Assembly: GCA_040403415.1 (NCBI GenBank)
Contig: JBBAKU010000005.1
Location: 49,398 to 113,397 of the forward strand
Source of the DNA: Aquirufa sp.
GTDB taxonomy: Bacteria; Bacteroidota; Bacteroidia; Cytophagales; Spirosomataceae
Direction of reading: 5' to 3'
DNA: 64,000 bases
This document shows positions 1 through 7,683 of this stretch, piece after piece. The notes beneath the pieces are model-generated. The model searched no databases and was not told where the DNA came from. It saw nothing but the letters and a program-made list of their open reading frames with translations. Position numbers and translations under genes: made by a program. How positions within the stretch are numbered: position 1 is the stretch's first letter; each line of letters begins with the position of its first letter.

Positions 1-213
1 GTTTAATAAACGCATTTTAGCTTCATTAAATTATCAGTTTCTTGATAATTTATGCTCTCATTTACCATTTTACATTGTTTCTCCAAAAACAATCCTACAT
101 TTACCTCGGCCTAAGCGATCGATTAGGTACATCTGTTCCACCCTCCTCAAACAAGTTAATCTAGTCTAATTACTTGTGATTTTTTTGAAACGAAATCAAA
201 ATTTTAATTCCAA

Positions 214-221
214 TATCTTTG
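214..221 (+). promoter_or_regulatory. Bacteroidota sigma70 -7 element TATCTTTG
   Basis: Exact TAnnTTTG match about 55 nt upstream of the small ORF at 277. Confidence 0.45.
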
Positions 222-276
222 ATATATCTGTTTGAACAATGAGATAAATATTTCAACTAACCAGCCTTATAATCAT

Positions 277-372
277 ATGAAAAAGTACAAAGAATTGTTT
301 ATTATATTAATCTGTGGATTAATGGGAATTTTCACCTACAAGGTTTTACGTTTTATTTTTGAGAGATTTTAA
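277..372 (+). CDS. Putative 31-aa small membrane protein (not in ORF track)
   Basis: MKKYKELFIILICGLMGIFTYKVLRFIFERF*: basic N-terminus plus one hydrophobic helix, AT-rich leader, upstream -7 element. Confidence 0.4.
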   Translation: MKKYKELFIILICGLMGIFTYKVLRFIFERF

Positions 373-525
373 AACTATTTATATATCAATCTCCCCTATA
401 CGTTTAAGTAAAAATACTCTCATGAAACGGAGAGAAATGTTTGAAATTGGAGCATTTGTTTGCAATCCTTCAAGAGAAAAAGAATCCTTTGAAAATGCAA
501 CAACCCTAAATAAAAGGTCACAAAT

Positions 526-1626
526 TTAATTCAAATACTTTAACGCAATCTCCTCCCCAATCTGCTCTAAAATCTCAGCGGTCCTCGCGATTGAATCCGC
601 TGCATCTGTAGAACGTGACGCAATCGTAAACACGTCATTTTCATCCAAAAACAGAGGGAAATTAGCAGAACTTTCAAAGGCCCCCGAGACCAAAATAGTT
701 TGCTTAAAGACTTTATCACTACGTTTTACAACTTCAGACACTACTTTGCCGCCCCAAGTAGAGGAATCGATCTTGCCTTCGCCGGTGATAATGAAATCTG
801 CTTTTAAAAGGGCCCGATTAAAGTGGACTTTGTCCATTATCCAGCTGGAACCAGCAACGATTTTAGCGTTTAGGAAATAACGGGAGCCTGCTCCCAGCCC
901 GCCAGCTGCACCAGCACCGGGTTCTGAAGCGATGGATCCGAAGAAGGACGTTATATTATTTAGACCTTTATCTAATTGTTTAATTGCTGTGGCGGTCGCA
1001 CCTTTTTGAGCCGCGAAAACATGGGCTGCTCCATCGCTCCCAGCGAGTGGATTGCTTACGTCTGTAACGACGGTGAAAGTACAATCTATGGCCGATGGAC
1101 TTCCTATAGACGCGATTTTAACTAGATTTTCACCGATAGGTTGAACTGCAGCCCCATCTCCATCCAAAAAAGTCCAACCCATAGCAGCAGCCATTCCAAT
1201 TCCCGCATCATTTGTGGCTGAACCACCGATGTTGAGAATGATTTGGGTGGCGCCGCGTTGTAACGCATCCGCGATCAGCACTCCAGTTCCGAAAGTCGAA
1301 GTTTTAAGTGGATTTCGCTCCTTTATCGTTAAAAGGGCAAGGCCAGAAGCGCGGGCCATTTCGATGTAAGCCGTTTTTTGGTCAGCCAGCCATAAATAAT
1401 CTGCTTGAATGGGACGCATCAACGGATCGAACGTGTCTGCTGTAATCCAAATTCCGCCGTGCAATTGTTGAATCACTTCCAGGGTACCTTCCCCGCCATC
1501 GGCGAGGGGGAGGGTGGTGAAAACGGTTTTGGGACGACATTTCTTAATCCCTTTTTCAAGCGCTTCGCATACTTGCGAGGCAGAAAGAGAGCCTTTGAAC
1601 TTATCAGGAGAGATTAAAATATGCAC
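526..1626 (-). CDS. glxK: Glycerate kinase (GlxK/GarK family)
   Basis: ISPDKFKGSL, PLADGGEGT, GGSATNDAG, GAGAAGGLG and ITGEGKID motifs; likely GTG start at 1626. Confidence 0.92.
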   Translation of the reverse strand: MHILISPDKFKGSLSASQVCEALEKGIKKCRPKTVFTTLPLADGGEGTLEVIQQLHGGIWITADTFDPLMRPIQADYLWLADQKTAYIEMARASGLALLTIKERNPLKTSTFGTGVLIADALQRGATQIILNIGGSATNDAGIGMAAAMGWTFLDGDGAAVQPIGENLVKIASIGSPSAIDCTFTVVTDVSNPLAGSDGAAHVFAAQKGATATAIKQLDKGLNNITSFFGSIASEPGAGAAGGLGAGSRYFLNAKIVAGSSWIMDKVHFNRALLKADFIITGEGKIDSSTWGGKVVSEVVKRSDKVFKQTILVSGAFESSANFPLFLDENDVFTIASRSTDAADSIARTAEILEQIGEEIALKYLN

Positions 1627-1675
1627 AGCGATGGATTTATGCCGCAATTTAGCCACAATTCCTTAAATTTAAGGT

Positions 1676-2056
1676 ATGAGAATACTGACAGCGTTTGCCC
1701 TCTTATTTTTGATATGCGTTTCGTGTACGAATCAACCTGATTTGACCGGTTTCGATGTAGAAAGCTTTAAAAAAGACCGCGGAAGTTGTGGCGGAACGAG
1801 AGAAAAGCAGATCGACTGGCTTAAAACGCATAAAATGACATGGAAAGGAGTTAGCTCTAATGATTTGGAAGACATTCTGGGGAAACCCGATATTCAACAA
1901 TTAGCGGACCGAAACCAGGAATATTACGTGTATTTTTTGGAAAAAGGTCCTCATTGTGATAAAATTACCAATCCGTCTCAGGCGCGAACGATGGCTTTTC
2001 GTTTCAGCGCGATGGGATTAACGACTGAAATTACCTTTCAGCAAGGATTGCCCTGA
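1676..2056 (+). CDS. Lipoprotein, SmpA/OmlA(BamE)-like
   Basis: Lipobox CVSC after a hydrophobic stretch; GVSSNDLEDILGKPD resembles the SmpA/OmlA motif. Confidence 0.6.
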   Translation: MRILTAFALLFLICVSCTNQPDLTGFDVESFKKDRGSCGGTREKQIDWLKTHKMTWKGVSSNDLEDILGKPDIQQLADRNQEYYVYFLEKGPHCDKITNPSQARTMAFRFSAMGLTTEITFQQGLP

Positions 2057-2070
2057 TTAAAACTAAACCT

Positions 2071-2580
2071 ATGAAAAAAATTCTATTCCTATTCTTTATA
2101 AGCATTACTATGTCCCAGGCCCAAACGGCGCCAGCGCTCGATTTCTTCTGTGAACTGAAAGTAAAACTGGATCCTGCCTTAATCGTAGGCGAAACCCCTC
2201 ACGGAACGCGCCGCATTATTCCTATTATCGGTGGAACGGTGGAAGGACCGAAAATCAAGGGTGAAATCCTGAATGGTGGAGCCGATTGGCAAATATTGCG
2301 AGCGGATGGAGTAACCGAATTAGAAGCACATTACCAATTTAGAACGGATGATGGCACCTTGATTTATGTCAAAAATACAGGTATTCGTGCTGCCACTCCC
2401 GAAATCGCGGCACGATTAGCTAAAGGGGAAAAGGTAGATGCGAACGAATACTATTTCCGGGCGATGCCTAAATTCGATGCGCCTAAAGGCAAATACGATT
2501 GGGTCAACAACAGCCTCTTTGTATGTACGGGAGAGCGCTTGCCGGATTACGTGTTGATTCGTGTTTGGAAAGTAATGTAA
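2071..2580 (+). CDS. DUF3237 family protein with predicted Sec signal peptide
   Basis: GETPHGTRRIIPIIGGTVEGP, GGADWQ, TDDG and YYFR..PKF motifs; N-terminus MKKILFLFFISITMSQAQ. Confidence 0.88.
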   Translation: MKKILFLFFISITMSQAQTAPALDFFCELKVKLDPALIVGETPHGTRRIIPIIGGTVEGPKIKGEILNGGADWQILRADGVTELEAHYQFRTDDGTLIYVKNTGIRAATPEIAARLAKGEKVDANEYYFRAMPKFDAPKGKYDWVNNSLFVCTGERLPDYVLIRVWKVM

Positions 2581-3758
2581 TGCCGATGAGAGCGATACAA
2601 GTACTGATTATTTTGATCTGCTTTCTGTGCAACATGCTCGATGGCATGGATGTGTTGATCATTTCTTATACGGCTCCGGCGATTGCGAAGGCCTGGAGTA
2701 TTTCCCCAGCAAATTTAGGGATTGTGTTTAGTTCTGGCCTGGTGGGAATGACGGTGGGAGCGATATTTTTAGCTCCGCTGGCGGATCGTTTTGGGCGGAA
2801 GCCGTTAATGATTCTGGCGGCGGTGATTATGGGAACCTGTATTTATTTGACGTCCTACTCGACAGATGTGAACGTTTTAATGATTTACCGCTTTATCAGT
2901 GGGCTGGGAATCGGGACGATGATGGCGAGTACAGCGGCGATTACGGCGGAATATGCTCCTGCATCTACGCGCGATTTTTGGGTGAGCACGGTGGTGGCGG
3001 GCTATCCGGTGGGAGCCGTGTTAACGGGCATTTCGTCTGCGAAAATTATTGCAGAAAGCGGCTGGGAGCATCTATTTGAATTGGCGGGATATGCCACTTT
3101 TTTAGTGATTCCTATCTTGTTTTTCTTCCTGAAAGAGTCTGATGAATTTAAGGCCAAAGCAAAGCCAGAAGACGCCAAGATCGGCGCCTTGTTTACGTCT
3201 GATTTTAAGTGGAGCACTTGGCAGCTTTGGAGTGCCCTGTTCCTTTCCTTTACGACCCTTTATTTCTTGATGAACTGGATTCCAAAATTGGCCTCAAATG
3301 CTGGCCTATCGATGGAATTAGCCATTTATTCAGGAACGATCTTTAATCTGGGAGCCATCGTGGGTATTCCGGTGCAAGGCTATTTTTCGACGCGTTTTGG
3401 CTTGAAAAAATCGATCGGAGTTTTGTTATTGATTACGGCTGTTTTATTAGGCATTTTTGGACAATTTTCTGGATCTAATTTGATCTTAGTGGTGTTGTTC
3501 TTCCTCGGCTTCGGGGTGCAGGGCAGCTTTGTAGGCTTGTATGCCGTAGCGGCGAGAATGTATCCCACTGCCATCCGATCGACGGGTATTGGCTGGGCGA
3601 TCGGCATGGGTCGTTTAGGTGGTATTTTAGGTCCGATCTTAGGCGGCATTTTAGTGGGACTAGGATTGGGTATGGCCGAAAGCTTTTTGTTCTTCGCCTT
3701 GCCTTCCTTACTTGCCGGAATTATTACGCTAAAAATTAGTTCCCAAACCATTTCCTAA
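2580..3758 (+). CDS. MFS transporter, aromatic acid:H+ symporter (AAHS, PcaK/BenK-like)
   Basis: TM1 LDGMD, LADRFGRK, YPTAIRSTGIGWAIGMGRLG; ATG at 2580 overlaps the upstream stop (TAATG). Confidence 0.88.
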   Translation: MPMRAIQVLIILICFLCNMLDGMDVLIISYTAPAIAKAWSISPANLGIVFSSGLVGMTVGAIFLAPLADRFGRKPLMILAAVIMGTCIYLTSYSTDVNVLMIYRFISGLGIGTMMASTAAITAEYAPASTRDFWVSTVVAGYPVGAVLTGISSAKIIAESGWEHLFELAGYATFLVIPILFFFLKESDEFKAKAKPEDAKIGALFTSDFKWSTWQLWSALFLSFTTLYFLMNWIPKLASNAGLSMELAIYSGTIFNLGAIVGIPVQGYFSTRFGLKKSIGVLLLITAVLLGIFGQFSGSNLILVVLFFLGFGVQGSFVGLYAVAARMYPTAIRSTGIGWAIGMGRLGGILGPILGGILVGLGLGMAESFLFFALPSLLAGIITLKISSQTIS

Positions 3759-4819
3759 TGCGCAAACACAATTTCTTTCCTGGACCGGCGACTCTTCCCT
3801 TTGAGGTTATTCAAGAGGCAGCGGCGGGTTTAGTTGACTACAATGGGATGGGCGTTTCCATTGCGGAAATCAGCCACCGTTCACCCATTTTCACAGATTT
3901 AGTAGACGAGGCGAATGCGCTCGTGAAAAAACTCTATGGCCTTTCGGATGATTGGGCGGTGCTTTGGTTGCCCGGTGGAGCCTCCAGTCAGCTGACGGTT
4001 GCCCCGATGAATCTGACGGAACCTTCGGACAAGATTGCCTTTGTGGACACGGGGTTTTGGGCGGATAGAGCTATCGAAGCGGCGGCGAATGAGGCGAATG
4101 CCTTCTTTTTAGCTTCTTCCAAAGACACGAACTACGACCGAATCCCTAAAATCACAGACGTTCAAGGCGCACGATATTTACACATAGTTTCGAATGAGAC
4201 GATCGACGGAACACAATACCACGCGTTCCCCGACGTCGATGTCCCCTTAGTCGCAGATATGACGTCTGATTTCTTGTCGAGACCTTTGCCGATGGAGAAA
4301 TTTGGGGTGATTTTCGCATCAGCTCAGAAGAATTTTGGGATTGCAGGGATTACCTGTGTGCTAGTCAACAAAGCAGTTTTGCCCGAGAAAAATAGCCGAA
4401 AGGTTCCTAAGATTTTTAACTACCATACGCACATCGCAGAAAATTCACTTTACCATACCATCCCGACTTATCCGGTTTATGTGGCGCTATTGATGCTTCG
4501 GTATATTGATAAAAAAGGTGGACTATCGGAAATGCAACGTTTGAGTCAGCAAAAATCCGCTTTGATTTACAACGAAATCGACCGAAACCCCCTGCTTCAG
4601 GGAATTGTGGCTACCGAAGATCGCTCCGTGATGAACGCCTGCTTTACGAGTCAATCGCCGGAGTTGGATCAAAAAATTAACTTGTTTTTAGAGCGAAATG
4701 ACATTGTGGGAATTAAAGGTTTTCCTACCAAAGGAGGTTTCAGAGCCTCCATCTACAACGGCCAACCGCTAGCCAGCGTGGCTCATTTAGTCGATTTATT
4801 GCAAAACTTGCCCCTATGA
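3758..4819 (+). CDS. SerC-like class V PLP aminotransferase, divergent paralog
   Basis: GPATLP, EISHRS, SNETIDG, AQKN (PLP Lys191) and RASIYN; GHR motif replaced by GFP. Confidence 0.85.
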   Translation: MRKHNFFPGPATLPFEVIQEAAAGLVDYNGMGVSIAEISHRSPIFTDLVDEANALVKKLYGLSDDWAVLWLPGGASSQLTVAPMNLTEPSDKIAFVDTGFWADRAIEAAANEANAFFLASSKDTNYDRIPKITDVQGARYLHIVSNETIDGTQYHAFPDVDVPLVADMTSDFLSRPLPMEKFGVIFASAQKNFGIAGITCVLVNKAVLPEKNSRKVPKIFNYHTHIAENSLYHTIPTYPVYVALLMLRYIDKKGGLSEMQRLSQQKSALIYNEIDRNPLLQGIVATEDRSVMNACFTSQSPELDQKINLFLERNDIVGIKGFPTKGGFRASIYNGQPLASVAHLVDLLQNLPL

Positions 4820-6054
4820 AAATATTAATTGCCGGCGGAGGAATTGGAGGATTAGTGACAGCGATGCGCTTGCATCAGGCCGGGTTTGAAGTGAAGGTTT
4901 TTGAGTCCGTAGAGGAAGTGAAACCGCTTGGGGTGGGAATCAATTTGCTACCTCACGCTGTACGTGTGTTGACAAATATTGGTTTGTTACCGAAAGTCTC
5001 AGCCATTGCGGTAGAGACAAAGGAGTTAATCTATGCGAACCGTTTTGGCCAGTTTTTCTGGTCAGAACCGCGGGGAAAATTCGCTGGATATCGCTGGCCG
5101 CAGTTTTCGATTCACCGCGGGAAATTCCAGGTGATGCTTTGGGAAGAAACCCTAAAAACTATCGGTGACGAGAACATAAAAACGAATTGCCATTTACATT
5201 CTTTTGAAGAAAAGGAGGACAAAATCACGGCTACGTTTATCAACAAGGAAACGGGGCAGATCGTAGCGGAGGAAGAGGGAGATATCTTGATAGGTGCGGA
5301 TGGAATCAATTCCGTTTTGCGTCAAAAATTATGCCCTAATGAGGGTGGAGTCGTATTTTCTGGCAATATTTTATACCGTGGAACAGCTGAGATAAAGCCT
5401 TATAAATCAGGTTCTTCCATGGCTATGATTGGGTCCAACAAGCAGAAAATGGTCATCTATCCCATAGGCGAACCCGACGCAGAGGGGAATCAAGTTATCA
5501 ACTGGGTAGCGAATGTTCGCGAACCGGAAGGGGCAAACATCACGGTGCGCGATTGGAATCGCAAAGTGGAAAAAGGTCCGTTACTGGAACTTTACAAAGA
5601 CTGGAAATTTGACTGGATCGATGTGCCGGAGATGATCGAAAAAACAGATGGCGGCATCTTTGAATTCCCCATGTCAGATAGAAATCCATTGGACAAATGG
5701 TCTTTCTCCCGTGTCACTCTTTTAGGGGATGCGGCGCACCCGATGTACCCCATCGGATCGAATGGCGCATCGCAAGCGATTTTGGATGCGGACGCTTTGG
5801 CCTTAGCTTTGTTAGCAGAAAAAGACGTCATTCAAGCGCTCGTTCATTACGACAAAGAACGCGTCCCTGCCACGGCAAAAGTGGTCCTACAAAATCGCCA
5901 AAAAGGACCCGATTTCATTATGGATTTAATGGAAGATCGTTTCCCAGCTGGCTTTAGTGAGGCCGAAATTCCGCACGAAGAACTAGCACAAATTATGAAT
6001 CAATATAAACAAGTAGCCGGTTTTGACATCCAAAGCCTGAACGCTAAAACGTAG
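4816..6054 (+). CDS. Group A FAD-dependent monooxygenase, PhzS-like
   Basis: GGGIGG, PLGVGINLLP, WSEPRG..AGYRWPQFSIHRG, IGADG, GDAAHPMYPIGSNGASQAI. Confidence 0.88.
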   Translation: MKILIAGGGIGGLVTAMRLHQAGFEVKVFESVEEVKPLGVGINLLPHAVRVLTNIGLLPKVSAIAVETKELIYANRFGQFFWSEPRGKFAGYRWPQFSIHRGKFQVMLWEETLKTIGDENIKTNCHLHSFEEKEDKITATFINKETGQIVAEEEGDILIGADGINSVLRQKLCPNEGGVVFSGNILYRGTAEIKPYKSGSSMAMIGSNKQKMVIYPIGEPDAEGNQVINWVANVREPEGANITVRDWNRKVEKGPLLELYKDWKFDWIDVPEMIEKTDGGIFEFPMSDRNPLDKWSFSRVTLLGDAAHPMYPIGSNGASQAILDADALALALLAEKDVIQALVHYDKERVPATAKVVLQNRQKGPDFIMDLMEDRFPAGFSEAEIPHEELAQIMNQYKQVAGFDIQSLNAKT

Positions 6055-6058
6055 AACT

Positions 6059-6442
6059 ATGAAAAGACGTCACTTTATTGCCTCGGCTGGCTTATTAGCA
6101 AGCACTGGTGTTCCAGCTACTGCAGCGGCTAAAAAACCTTTATTGCACCACGTGTTTTTTTGGCTGAATAACCCGAATTCCGAAGAGGATAAACAACAAT
6201 TAATTAAAGGCTTGAAAGCGCTGAAAGGCATTCCTTCGATCAGGGAAATTCACATCGGGACCTTAGCTTCGACCGAAAAACGCGAGGTGGTGGATACCAG
6301 CTGGGATGTGTCAGAGTTGATGTTTTTCGATGATGAGGCCGGCCAAAAAGTGTATCAAGATCACCCCATCCACGTCGATTTCGTAAAGAATTATGCCCAC
6401 TTGTGGAAGAAAGTAATCGTGTATGATTCGGTGGATGCATAG
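6059..6442 (+). CDS. Dabb family (stress-responsive A/B barrel) protein with Tat signal
   Basis: KRRHFI twin-arginine leader; HHVFFWL and YQDHPIH..FV motifs. Confidence 0.85.
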   Translation: MKRRHFIASAGLLASTGVPATAAAKKPLLHHVFFWLNNPNSEEDKQQLIKGLKALKGIPSIREIHIGTLASTEKREVVDTSWDVSELMFFDDEAGQKVYQDHPIHVDFVKNYAHLWKKVIVYDSVDA

Positions 6443-6555
6443 ATGAATTTGTTCCCAAATCCGTAAACGGAACAAAAACTCGAGATCGTTCTGACTGCGC
6501 GAATGTGAAATCCACTTTCTTTGGAAAAATTAGTAACCCTTTAAAAACCAAAGAA

Positions 6556-7083
6556 ATGAAAAAAATCATTCTATTATTCGCACTTGCGGGATCAATCTTC
6601 GCTTGTACAAAAAAAGAAGACGGTGCAGTAGCATCTGCAAGCACTTCAACTGATCCTTCCGCAGTTTTAGCTGGAGTTGTAATCGATACTTCCGCTAACG
6701 TAGGTTTAGTGATGAAGGCAATTCGTGCGATTGAATCAGGTGATTCTGCCGCTTACCGTGCAACATATGCGCCAGATGTCGTATTTCATGACAATTTAGA
6801 TTCAATGGGTCTTAATGAAAATATGACCATGTTTAAAACAATGGCGGAAAAAGGCATTAAGTTAAAAGTCGAGATGGGGCCAGTTTGGGAAAATCAATTC
6901 GATAAGCCTTCTAAGAAAAAAGGCTATACAAACTATGTCATGAGTAAGAGTACCTTTATCTTCACAAGAGGTGAAAAGCAAACGAAAATGGTCATTTTCG
7001 CAGTAGATGCGATCAAAGATGGCAAGCAAGTCGAAGAGTGGTTACACTATGACAGAAGTGCTTTTGTTGAAATTTCAAAATAA
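6556..7083 (+). CDS. Lipoprotein, NTF2/SnoaL-like fold
   Basis: Lipobox IFAC; YAPDVVFHD and IKDGKQVEEW...D patterns typical of SnoaL-like folds; start moved to MKKII. Confidence 0.65.
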   Translation: MKKIILLFALAGSIFACTKKEDGAVASASTSTDPSAVLAGVVIDTSANVGLVMKAIRAIESGDSAAYRATYAPDVVFHDNLDSMGLNENMTMFKTMAEKGIKLKVEMGPVWENQFDKPSKKKGYTNYVMSKSTFIFTRGEKQTKMVIFAVDAIKDGKQVEEWLHYDRSAFVEISK

Positions 7084-7087
7084 AGGA

Positions 7088-7118
7088 TTGGCGCAGCGTC
7101 CTGCGGACGCTGCGCCAA
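7088..7118. terminator. 14-bp perfect GC-rich hairpin between convergent genes
   Basis: TTGGCGCAGCGTCC-TGC-GGACGCTGCGCCAA followed by CTTTT. Confidence 0.7.
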
Positions 7119-7121
7119 CTT

Positions 7122-7577
7122 TTACTTCATTTCGCCATACGGGATGGTGTTTACGTAAAGCGATAATTCTTTCGCTACCTCCTTCATCAAAATCCAACGC
7201 TCTTGATTCGCTAGCAACATGATTTCGATATTATCCGTTTTCAAGTCTTTCGAGATATAGTAATCTTTACGCGTCTCACTATAATAAGCTGACTTATCAT
7301 CGTTCGTCGTCTCTCGTGTTCTGTTCAATAAATCATTGTTAAAACGGCGGAATTTTTCCGGTGTATCTAAGATTAAAGTGAACCATAGATTTCTGGTGCT
7401 GACAAAGGCCAAAGTCACCTCAAAGTGCTCTTGACCCTCGTCTGAGGTCACTTTGGAATAATTGATTTTGCAGTTTCCGTTGATGATACGGGCTTGAATG
7501 AGTTCTGTTTTAGGTTGTGCAAACGCGCTTACCGCGAACACAAACAACAGGATGAAGCTGAGTGTTATTTTTTTCAT
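7122..7577 (-). CDS. Hypothetical secreted protein
   Basis: Signal peptide MKKITLSFILLFVFAVSAFA-Q; no recognised domain. Confidence 0.65.
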   Translation of the reverse strand: MKKITLSFILLFVFAVSAFAQPKTELIQARIINGNCKINYSKVTSDEGQEHFEVTLAFVSTRNLWFTLILDTPEKFRRFNNDLLNRTRETTNDDKSAYYSETRKDYYISKDLKTDNIEIMLLANQERWILMKEVAKELSLYVNTIPYGEMK

Positions 7578-7683
7578 ATGGGTTTTATTATACGGCAAGG
7601 TAATAAAATAATTTCTCCGTCCTACTCAACCCTAGGACACCGGCATCGGTTTCTTTTCGTACATTCGGTTGAAACCTATTTAT

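Noticed and set aside
1-70. Start of a minus-strand gene running off the window (ATG at 15, MRLLN...)
   Set aside because: Too little sequence to support a call
3758-4819. Calling this gene plain serC (serine/PLP biosynthesis)
   Set aside because: The GHR phosphate-binding motif is absent, there is no adjacent serA, and the context is catabolic
4816-6054. Phenazine (pyocyanin) biosynthesis
   Set aside because: PhzS-like sequence only; no phzA-G or phzM genes in the window
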